A stretch of DNA of 64,000 bases from Pseudomonadaceae bacterium. GTDB taxonomy: Bacteria; Pseudomonadota; Gammaproteobacteria; Pseudomonadales; Pseudomonadaceae. This document shows, one piece after another, positions 56,370-64,000 of this stretch. The DNA lies in the NCBI GenBank assembly GCA_019745275.1, contig JAIETJ010000030.1, forward strand, positions 992 to 64,991. Direction: 5' to 3'. Positions within the stretch are counted from its first letter, which is position 1; the number at the start of each line of letters is the position of its first letter. Position numbers and translations under genes: made by a program. Under the pieces are notes generated by a model. It was given only the letters and a program-made list of their open reading frames with translations, did not search any database and was not told the origin of the DNA.

Positions 56370-58967
56370 TTACGCCTTAGGAGTCTCTGCCTCAACGGCG
56401 GCAACTGCCGGTGACGGCATTGACGACAGCAACGCCATCACCAATGCAGCCAGGTAAGGCAGCGATTGGACCAGCAGCATGGCCACCCAGAAGCGCACAT
56501 CGGCGCTGGGTAAACCCTGTACCAGGGCGATGCCGAGGGCCGAGCCCCACAGCAGCAGCATGATAAACACCTCTTCCCGGGCTTCCGCTAAGGCCACCAT
56601 AAAGCCGTGGTTGGAGGCCATTTTCGGCGTGCGGAAGAACGGAATGGTCTCGGTGAAGGCGCCGTACAGTACCGCCTTGGCGATCGTGTGCGACAACGCC
56701 AAACCGGCCACTGCTGCCTGAATCGAACGCCACAGGCCGACACCCAGAGCACGGCGATACAGGAACAGGATCTTGCCAAATTTAAAGAAGAACAGCGCCA
56801 GTGGTGGGATGGCAAAGATCATCAGCGGCGGGTCAACCCGCTGCGGAACGATAATCATCGCGGCCGACCAGAGCAGCGCACCGACGGTGAAGAAGATGTT
56901 CAAGCCATCGGCAATCCAAGGCAACCAGCCCGCCACGAAGTGATAACGCTGGCCTCGGGTCAGTTGCGTGTCTTTACCGCGAAACAGGCTACCGGCGTGG
57001 CCTTTCATGATCTGAATGGCACCGTAGGCCCAACGGAAACGCTGCTTTTTGTAGTCGATAAAGGTGTCAGGCATCAGCCCACGGCCGAAGCTCTGGTGGG
57101 CATAGGCGGCGGAGTAGCCTTTCTCGAACACGCGCAGGCCAAGCTCGGCGTCTTCGCAAATGGTCCAGTCGGCCCATTTCAATTCGTCCATCACGCTGCG
57201 GCGGATCATGGTCATGGTGCCGTGCTGGATGATCGCGTCACGGTCGTTACGGGTCACCATGCCGATATGGAAGAAGCCTTTGTATTCGGCGTAGCAGAGC
57301 TTTTTAAACAGGCTTTCTTCACCGTCGCGATAGTCTTGCGGCGATTGCACCACAGCGATTTTCGGGTCGGCAAAATGCGGCACCATGTGTTTCAGCCAAT
57401 TTGGCTCAACGCAGTAGTCCGAGTCGATCACCGCAATCACTTCTACATCTGGCGCGGTGTACGGCAGGATGTAGTTAAGTGCGCCGCCCTTGAAGCCTTC
57501 GATAGGCGCCACGTGGAAGAACCGGAAGCGGGGGCCGAGCTGCTCGCAATAGGCTTGCACCGGCTCCCATACCGCAGGGTCCTTGGTGTTGTTATCGATA
57601 ATGATGACTTCAAAATCGGGGTAATCGAGATTGGCTAGAGCATCCAGGGTCTGTTTGACCATCTCCGGCGGCTCGTTGTAGCAAGGCACGTGAATCGACA
57701 CTTTCGGGCGGAAGGTGCTGTCTGTGAGCACCGGCTGGAACGGCCGACGGCGGGCTTGCAGCCAGACTGTTTCGGCTAACTCGTGGGCTTCTGTCAGCAG
57801 CACGATAAACACCCCAAGGGCGCCCAGACCGAGCAAGAAACCTACCGTTAAACTGAACCAGGTGCTGTATTGCTGGCTGTAGTCATAACCGATCCAGACC
57901 ATCGCCGAGCCGCCGGCAAAGGCCACCACGGTAAGGAAGGTGCGCCCGCGTTGACGCATGGCGCTGCCATCAATCAGCAGTAGGGCCAAGGCCAGTAGGG
58001 CCATGACCACGGAACCAATCGCCAGCACCCGCCATTGTGGAATTGCCACAATCGGCCCTTCGAAGGCGAACTTTGCCTGGCGGGCTTCGTTGAATACCCC
58101 CCAGTAAGCGCCGACCGAGCCTTCTTCGCCGGCCTTCCACGGCTGATCGAAGGCTTCGATGACGAAGTAGTTGTAGCCCTTAGCATTCAGGGTGCTGACC
58201 AAGGTGCGCAGGTAAATCGCCTGGTCGGCTGGGGATGCATCGGCACCGCCGCGCATCCGGCCGTTGCTCGGCCAGCCAACTTCCGAGAGCAGCAATGGTT
58301 TTTTCGGGAAAAGTTTTTTCAGGTCTTTGGCGCGTTCGAGCACGAAAGCGGTCGAGTCTTCCATCGGCACAAATTCCCAGTACGGCAAAATGTGCGCGGC
58401 GATTAGGTCGACGTGCTTGGCCAGCTCTGGGTTTTCTTGCCAGATGTGCCATTGCTCGGAGGTGGTGACCGGCACCTTGACGGCCGCGCGCACGCGGTCA
58501 AGGTAAACGCTCAACGCCTGCGGGGTGATTTCTTTACGGAACACCGCTTCGTTACCGACCACCACCCGCACCACACTGCGGGTGCTGTTGGCCAGTTCGA
58601 TAACCTTGGCGATCTCGCGCTCGTTACGCTCCATGTCCAGGCCAATCCAAGCCCCGACGGTTACGCGCAAACCAAACTCCTCGGCCAAGCGCGGGATATT
58701 GCCCAAGCTACCTTCGGTCGAGTAGGTGCGAACGCTGTCAGTGTGTTTGCTGACCAGCTCAAGGTCCGCACGAATCTCCTCATCGCTGGGGTAGATGTCC
58801 TTTTGCGGGCTCTGATACTGGCGAAACGGCGAGAACGAGAAGCCAGAGATCTGTTCAGGCCATTCAGGTGCACTGACCGGCCTGTTGTAGAGCGCCCAGA
58901 TACCGGTAAATAGCGCCGCAATAGCGACGAACACTACCAAGTTGAGTCCAATTTTACGCGATGGCAT
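56370..58967 (-). CDS. ndvB: GH17-GT2 fusion, cyclic beta-1,3-glucan synthase
   Basis: GH17 VGNE and SEVGWPS; GT2 PCYNE, FKGGALN, DSD, CED, QRFRW; next to dapE. Confidence 0.9.
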   Translation of the reverse strand: MPSRKIGLNLVVFVAIAALFTGIWALYNRPVSAPEWPEQISGFSFSPFRQYQSPQKDIYPSDEEIRADLELVSKHTDSVRTYSTEGSLGNIPRLAEEFGLRVTVGAWIGLDMERNEREIAKVIELANSTRSVVRVVVGNEAVFRKEITPQALSVYLDRVRAAVKVPVTTSEQWHIWQENPELAKHVDLIAAHILPYWEFVPMEDSTAFVLERAKDLKKLFPKKPLLLSEVGWPSNGRMRGGADASPADQAIYLRTLVSTLNAKGYNYFVIEAFDQPWKAGEEGSVGAYWGVFNEARQAKFAFEGPIVAIPQWRVLAIGSVVMALLALALLLIDGSAMRQRGRTFLTVVAFAGGSAMVWIGYDYSQQYSTWFSLTVGFLLGLGALGVFIVLLTEAHELAETVWLQARRRPFQPVLTDSTFRPKVSIHVPCYNEPPEMVKQTLDALANLDYPDFEVIIIDNNTKDPAVWEPVQAYCEQLGPRFRFFHVAPIEGFKGGALNYILPYTAPDVEVIAVIDSDYCVEPNWLKHMVPHFADPKIAVVQSPQDYRDGEESLFKKLCYAEYKGFFHIGMVTRNDRDAIIQHGTMTMIRRSVMDELKWADWTICEDAELGLRVFEKGYSAAYAHQSFGRGLMPDTFIDYKKQRFRWAYGAIQIMKGHAGSLFRGKDTQLTRGQRYHFVAGWLPWIADGLNIFFTVGALLWSAAMIIVPQRVDPPLMIFAIPPLALFFFKFGKILFLYRRALGVGLWRSIQAAVAGLALSHTIAKAVLYGAFTETIPFFRTPKMASNHGFMVALAEAREEVFIMLLLWGSALGIALVQGLPSADVRFWVAMLLVQSLPYLAALVMALLSSMPSPAVAAVEAETPKA

Positions 58968-59316
58968 ATAGATTCAAGGTTCCAAAGGGTGGAACTAAGG
59001 GGGGTACCGGCTGTTGCCGGCCGGCGCGCATGCTACCGCGACCTTTTCAGCCTGTATAGCTGTGCACTGAGCGACAGCCGTGACAATTGCATTGCTTGCT
59101 GCTTTGGTCTGCGCAACAGCAGAAAAGTTCGCTGTTAGCGCTTCAAACAGTGCGCGGATCCAGCCACGGTTTAACTATTAGTTAAGCAGGTCTTGGTGCC
59201 GGTTGTGTATCTCCGCCGCAGATAGGCTGCTCGGGCTGTTAGCCGCGTTAATCGACTAATGGCGCGCTATTGCAGCGAGCGCCCCTATAATGCCGGCTGA
59301 TTTTTGAGGGTGTGGC

Positions 59317-60117
59317 ATGACTATTGATGAATTGCGCTTTGCCGGGGTTGCTCGGCTGTATGGGCGCGAAGGGGCCGAGCGGCTGGCGGCGGCGCACGTG
59401 GCGGTGGTCGGGATTGGCGGCGTGGGTTCTTGGGTGGCCGAGGCGTTGGTGCGCTCAGGGGTTGGCGAGATTTCGCTGTTTGACCTCGATGATGTGTGCC
59501 TGAGCAACAGCAACCGACAGCTGCATGCGCTGGCCGGCACCGTCGGCCACGCCAAGGTGACGGTGATGGCCGAGCGCTTGCAGGCTATCAATCCGGCGTG
59601 CGTGGTGCACGCGGTGGCCGATTTTGTTACCCGCGAAACCATGGCCGAGTACATCACCCCAAACCTCGATTGCGTGATCGACTGCATCGACAGCGTCACG
59701 GCCAAGGCGGCGCTGATTGCGTGGTGCAAGCGGCGTAAAATTCAAATCATCGCCACCGGCGGGGCCGGTGGTCAGTTAGACCCCACGCAGATTCAGGTCG
59801 CGGACTTAAATAAAACCTTCAATGATCCGCTGGCATCCGCCGTGCGCTCGGAATTGCGCCGCGAATACGGCTTTTCACGTACCCCAGGGCGGCATTACAG
59901 CGTGCCGTGCGTGTTCTCCAGCGAACAGCTGCGTTACCCCAAGGCGGATGGCAGTATTTGCCTGCAAAAGCGTTTTGAAGGCCAAGGTGTGCGGCTCGAC
60001 TGCGGCGGCGGCATGGGCGCGGTGATGATGGTTACCGCCAGCTTTGGCATGGTCGCGGCGGCGCGCGCGGTGGACAAGCTAGTGGCCGGTACGCGGCGAC
60101 CGTCAGAGCGCGGTTAA
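59317..60117 (+). CDS. tcdA: tRNA cyclic t6A37 synthase
   Basis: RFAGVARLYG, GIGGVGSW, NSNRQ, GGAGGQ.DPT; next to csdAE. Confidence 0.93.
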   Translation: MTIDELRFAGVARLYGREGAERLAAAHVAVVGIGGVGSWVAEALVRSGVGEISLFDLDDVCLSNSNRQLHALAGTVGHAKVTVMAERLQAINPACVVHAVADFVTRETMAEYITPNLDCVIDCIDSVTAKAALIAWCKRRKIQIIATGGAGGQLDPTQIQVADLNKTFNDPLASAVRSELRREYGFSRTPGRHYSVPCVFSSEQLRYPKADGSICLQKRFEGQGVRLDCGGGMGAVMMVTASFGMVAAARAVDKLVAGTRRPSERG

Positions 60118-60220
60118 GCGCTAAACGGTCGTGCTCCTGCGGCGCTTTTGGCTAGGCTGAAACAAGCTGCTGCAGCCTTGTGCAGCAACCTTCGCTGGTA
60201 CAGCTTGGGAGGTGGAGAGG

Positions 60221-61054
60221 ATGGTTAGCCTTGCCGCTGGTGTGCGCTGCGTGATTAAGCTGGGCTGCTTGCTGGCCAGCTTAGGGCTGTGGGCGCACGC
60301 CGCGCCGCCCGTGCCCTTAAATTCCGTCGTCGAGACTGATCCACAGGTGGTGCTGATTGGCACGGGCGAGTGGACGCCATATGTCGAGCAGGCACGAGGC
60401 GATGCTGGGCCGGCCGGGCGCTTGATTACGGCGGTGTTTAAGCGCGCCGGTTATCGGGTGCAATACCTGTTCTATCCATGGGCGCGGGGCGTGTTGCTTC
60501 TGCAAAAAGGTCAGCTGGATGGAGTCATGCCCTATATCTGCACCCCTGAGAGGCAAACCTTCAGTGTGTGCAGTGACGCTATGGTTAACTCCCAATTGGT
60601 GATTTTTCATCGACAAGATAAGCCTTTTGATTGGCACGTTCTCAAAGACCTCGAGGCCTATTCGATCGCGGTCACCAATGGTTACTCCTATGGCGCTGAA
60701 TTTGACCGTGCCCGCGCGGCTGGGCGCTTTAAGTTGCGCAGCGATAGCCGTGAGGATGCGGGTATGCGTTGGTTATTGGCCGATCAGGTAGATCTGCACC
60801 TGCAAGATTGGCCCGTGGGTAAGAGCATTCTCAAACGCGGCTTTACCACCGCCCAGCAACAACAGATCACGGCTCATCCGCTGCCGCTCGGTCGCACCTC
60901 ATTAGGCTTGTTGTTGAGCAAAACTGCGCGTGGCGAGCAGTTACGCCAGGTATTCAACGCCGGCTTGCAAGTGATGCGTGATAACGGTGATTTGCAGCGG
61001 CTGCAAGATGCGCTGGACTCGGGCCAGGCGGACCAATGGCAGGCGCAGTTTTAA
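60221..61054 (+). CDS. Orphan substrate-binding protein (family 3-like)
   Basis: Signal peptide, TGEWTPY, PWARG, GYSYG, FNAGL; start uncertain. Confidence 0.8.
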   Translation: MVSLAAGVRCVIKLGCLLASLGLWAHAAPPVPLNSVVETDPQVVLIGTGEWTPYVEQARGDAGPAGRLITAVFKRAGYRVQYLFYPWARGVLLLQKGQLDGVMPYICTPERQTFSVCSDAMVNSQLVIFHRQDKPFDWHVLKDLEAYSIAVTNGYSYGAEFDRARAAGRFKLRSDSREDAGMRWLLADQVDLHLQDWPVGKSILKRGFTTAQQQQITAHPLPLGRTSLGLLLSKTARGEQLRQVFNAGLQVMRDNGDLQRLQDALDSGQADQWQAQF

Positions 61055-61461
61055 TCGGCGCTGGTCAGGCTTTGCATGCGTTGCAGTACCGCCTGTAAGC
61101 CGTTGCTGCGCGAGGGCGAGAGTTGCCGCGCTAAGCCCAGCTGAGTAAACCAGTCGAGCAGATCGACGCTGGCCAACTGGGCGCTGCTCAGGCCATTCAC
61201 CCGAGTCAGTAATACCGCGATTAGCCCGCGCAATAAGCGTGCTTCACTGTTGGCGCGAAACTGCCAGTGCGCGTCTTGCTGTACGCCGATTAGCCACACT
61301 TGGCTCTCGCAGCCCTGCACCAGATGCTCGCTGCTGCATTGCGCCGGGGTTAATGGCTCGAGGCGTTCGCCCCACTGCATCAGCAGTCGCGCACGACCTT
61401 CCCAGCCGCTGGCCGCAGCGAAATCCGTTAGGGCTTGTTCGGCGGCGTTCGGCAGGCTCAT
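61051..61461 (-). CDS. csdE: SufE/CsdE sulfur acceptor
   Basis: VQGCESQVW, LSPSRSNGL. Confidence 0.9.
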   Translation of the reverse strand: MSLPNAAEQALTDFAAASGWEGRARLLMQWGERLEPLTPAQCSSEHLVQGCESQVWLIGVQQDAHWQFRANSEARLLRGLIAVLLTRVNGLSSAQLASVDLLDWFTQLGLARQLSPSRSNGLQAVLQRMQSLTSAD

Positions 61462-61471
61462 CGCAGGCCGC

Positions 61472-62677
61472 TCATTGCAGTAGCTCCAAGGCTTGGTCGA
61501 GGGCGTGGAAAAAACGCGTTAAGTCGCCGCCATCGTTGTACAAGCCCAAAGACACCCGCACTGCGCCACTCAACCCAAGGCCGGCCAGCAATGGCATGGC
61601 GCAGTGTTGGCCGGCGCGCACGGCAATCCCTTGTTCGGTTAATAACTGGGCTAAGTCGGTGTGGTGCACGCCGGCGACAGTGAAACAAGCCAGCGCCACG
61701 TCTGGGCTGCCGAGCAACTGGATGCCCTGACGTGCCTGCAAGCCGCTGAGTAACTGCTGGTGCAGCGCCGCTTCATGGCGGATCACCGCGCTGGCATCCA
61801 AGCTGCTCAGGTAGTTGAGGCTGGCGCCTAGCCCCAGAACGCTGGCAATCGGCGGAGTGCCGGCTTCAAAACCCAGTGGTGCGGGGCGAAAGCTGGCCTG
61901 TTGATAGTCGCAGTGTTGCACCATCTCGCCACCAAACTGCCAGTGATGCAGGCGCTGTAAGGCCTCACTACGGCCATAGAGCACGCCGACGCCGTCCGGG
62001 CCGTAAAGCTTGTGGCTGGAGAACAGGTAAAAGTCGCAGCCCAAGGCCTGTACGTCGGGTTGGCCATGCACCACGCCTTGCGCGCCATCGACTACCGTGA
62101 TGGCGCCTTGTGCTTTGGCCAGTGCCAAGAGCTTAGTCAGCGGCGTCCAGCGCCCGAGCACGTTAGACAGTTGACTAATCGCCAGTAACCGGCAACGTGG
62201 GCCGATGAGTTGCTCGGCGGCGGCCAGATCAATCTGGCCGCTGGCATCCAGTGCTAATACCTGCAGCTTAAGGCCGCGGCGCTGGGCCAGTTGCTGCCAA
62301 GGCAACAAGTTAGCGTGGTGTTCGAGGGCGCTGATCACCAGTTCATCGCCGACCTGGAACTCATGTTCGAGGCCATAGGCGAGCAAGTTAATCGCTTCAG
62401 TCGTGCTGCGGGTGAAGACGATGTGTTCGCTGCTGGCGGCATTCAGCCAGTCTGCCAACTGTTGCCGCACTTGTTCGAAGGCGCGGGTGGCCCGTTCGCC
62501 GGGCAAGTGCTGGGCGCGATGCACATTGGCCGCGCCGCCACGGTAATAATCGCTGAGCGCGTCAATCATCGCTTGTGGTTTTTGCGCAGTGGCGGCGCTG
62601 TCCAGATAGGTCTGGCCCTCGCTGTCGAAAGCAGCCAGAGCCGGGAAGTCAGAGCGCCAAGGGGAGGGCAAAGGCAT
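61472..62677 (-). CDS. csdA: Cysteine desulfurase, CsdA/SufS type
   Basis: YLDSAATAQKP, EHHAN, SSHKLYGP, RAGQHCA. Confidence 0.92.
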   Translation of the reverse strand: MPLPSPWRSDFPALAAFDSEGQTYLDSAATAQKPQAMIDALSDYYRGGAANVHRAQHLPGERATRAFEQVRQQLADWLNAASSEHIVFTRSTTEAINLLAYGLEHEFQVGDELVISALEHHANLLPWQQLAQRRGLKLQVLALDASGQIDLAAAEQLIGPRCRLLAISQLSNVLGRWTPLTKLLALAKAQGAITVVDGAQGVVHGQPDVQALGCDFYLFSSHKLYGPDGVGVLYGRSEALQRLHHWQFGGEMVQHCDYQQASFRPAPLGFEAGTPPIASVLGLGASLNYLSSLDASAVIRHEAALHQQLLSGLQARQGIQLLGSPDVALACFTVAGVHHTDLAQLLTEQGIAVRAGQHCAMPLLAGLGLSGAVRVSLGLYNDGGDLTRFFHALDQALELLQ

Positions 62678-62716
62678 GGCGATACGCGTTATAGCGCTCC
62701 AAAATAGAAGATGGGT

Positions 62717-62860
62717 AAAGGTTGAGCTTAAAGCGTCGCGAGCGACGCTCAGACAAGGCGCAATCAGGCGAGGGCGCGGAGTTTACGGGTTGTAAATGAG
62801 CAGCCCGAGCCTGATTGCAACGCAGTATGAGCGAGCGCAGCAGCTTTAAATCAACCTTTT
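62717..62860. repeat. Palindromic intergenic repeat (copy 4)
   Basis: Terminal IR aaaggttgagcttaaagc/gctttaaatcaaccttt; core caaggcg..tttac-N-gtaaatgagc..aacgc. Confidence 0.72.
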
Positions 62861-63894
62861 TAGTTGTGCGCGTGCAGGGCGTGATTCAGCTCAATAGCCG
62901 ATTTGTGGGTTTTGCATTCCACTGCGCCGGTTTGCGAGTTGCGCCGGAACAATAGGTCGGGCTGGCCGGCCAGTTCACGGGCCTTGAGCACTTTAACCAG
63001 TTGGCCTTCGCCGTCTAGCAATGCCACCTTGGTGCCGGCGGTGATGTACAGGCCAGATTCCACGGTGTTGCGGTCACCCAACGGGATGCCGATGCCGGCA
63101 TTGGCGCCGATCAGGCAGCCCTCGCCGACGCTGATGACCAAATTGCCGCCGCCCGACAAGGTGCCCATGGTCGAGCAACCGCCGCCCAAATCCGAGCCCT
63201 TGCCGACGAATACCCCGGCCGACACGCGGCCTTCGATCATGCCCGGGCCTTGGGTGCCGGCGTTAAAGTTGATAAACCCTTCGTGCATCACGGTGGTGCC
63301 TTCGCCCACGTAAGCGCCAAGACGTACGCGCGACGCATCGGCGATACGCACGCCGCTCGGCACCACGTAGTCGGTCATTTTCGGGAACTTGTCGACCGAG
63401 AACACTTCCAGTAATTCACCGCGCAGACGGGCTTCCAGCTGACGTTCGGCTAGCTCGCTTAAATCCACCGCGCCTTGGCTGGTCCAAGCCACGTTCGGCA
63501 GCAGCGGGAAGATTCCGGCCAGGTTCAAACCGTGCGGTTTAACCAAGCGATGGGACAGCAGTTGCAGCTTGAGGTAGGCCTCGGGGGTTGAGGTCAGCGC
63601 CAGGTCTTCGGCCAGAATAGTGGCCACCAGTGGCTTCTCGCTTTCGGCCAAACGATTGAGCAGGGCGGCTTGCTGGGCGTTCAGGGGCTTAACGGCATCG
63701 GCCAGTTGGATGGCTTGGGCGGTGCTGAAACTAATCGCCTGATTGCCACCGGTGTAATTGAGCAGCGGAGCAATGGCGGCGATCAGTTCGCTGGCCGGGT
63801 TGAGCAGTGGCTGGGCGTAAAATACCTCGAGCCACTGCTCGTCACGGTTCTGGGTGCCAACACCGAAGGCCAGGCTGAATGCTTGTTGCGACAT
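62860..63894 (-). CDS. dapD: Tetrahydrodipicolinate N-succinyltransferase
   Basis: VDKFPKMTDYVVPSGVRIAD, MHEGFINFNAGT, hexapeptide repeats. Confidence 0.96.
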   Translation of the reverse strand: MSQQAFSLAFGVGTQNRDEQWLEVFYAQPLLNPASELIAAIAPLLNYTGGNQAISFSTAQAIQLADAVKPLNAQQAALLNRLAESEKPLVATILAEDLALTSTPEAYLKLQLLSHRLVKPHGLNLAGIFPLLPNVAWTSQGAVDLSELAERQLEARLRGELLEVFSVDKFPKMTDYVVPSGVRIADASRVRLGAYVGEGTTVMHEGFINFNAGTQGPGMIEGRVSAGVFVGKGSDLGGGCSTMGTLSGGGNLVISVGEGCLIGANAGIGIPLGDRNTVESGLYITAGTKVALLDGEGQLVKVLKARELAGQPDLLFRRNSQTGAVECKTHKSAIELNHALHAHN

Positions 63895-63943
63895 GAAGTG
63901 CTTCCTTATAAAAACTAAATAAAGATCAATGGGCAGGGGGCAG

Positions 63944-64000
63944 TTAACTGAACGCCTGCTGGTAAATTTCCGGCTTAAAGCCGAGCAGCGTGCGCGGGCC
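63944..64000 (-). CDS. ArsC/Spx (YffB-like) reductase, C-terminal end only
   Basis: GPRTLLGFKPEIYQQAFS*; position upstream of dapD. Confidence 0.6.
   Translation of the reverse strand, partial: GPRTLLGFKPEIYQQAFS

Overview
Pseudomonas-type chromosomal window; no rRNA, tRNA, CRISPR, transposase or integrase was recognised. It opens with a partial chemoreceptor, an M48 peptidase and a DUF4197 gene. A ~47-kb purine-catabolism supercluster follows (3022-50177): xdhABC, guaD, 8-oxoguanine deaminase, puuD, uraH, uraD, puuE, alc, allA, gcl-hyi-glxR-glycerate kinase-pyk, a urea transporter, moaA, two NCS2 permeases, a BMP-type ABC importer with a Tsx-like channel, and GntR and TetR regulators with recognisable operator boxes. 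A czcRS/czcCBA metal-efflux module, a small secreted protein and a PAS-GAF-GGDEF cyclase interrupt the cluster. The window ends with the housekeeping block plsB...dapE-ndvB-tcdA-csdE-csdA-dapD-yffB. The most notable signal not in the ORF track is that the czc module is bracketed by decayed duplicate pieces of neighbouring cluster genes: a ~230-bp copy of a terminator plus the BMP 3' end, which now supplies the C-terminus of CzcS, and a 64-bp copy of an orphan binding-protein gene. Other signals are a translationally coupled 43-aa Pro-rich ORF inside xdhABC and a family of palindromic intergenic elements, one carrying a nested insert. All calls come from reading the sequence and recalling protein families; no searches were run.
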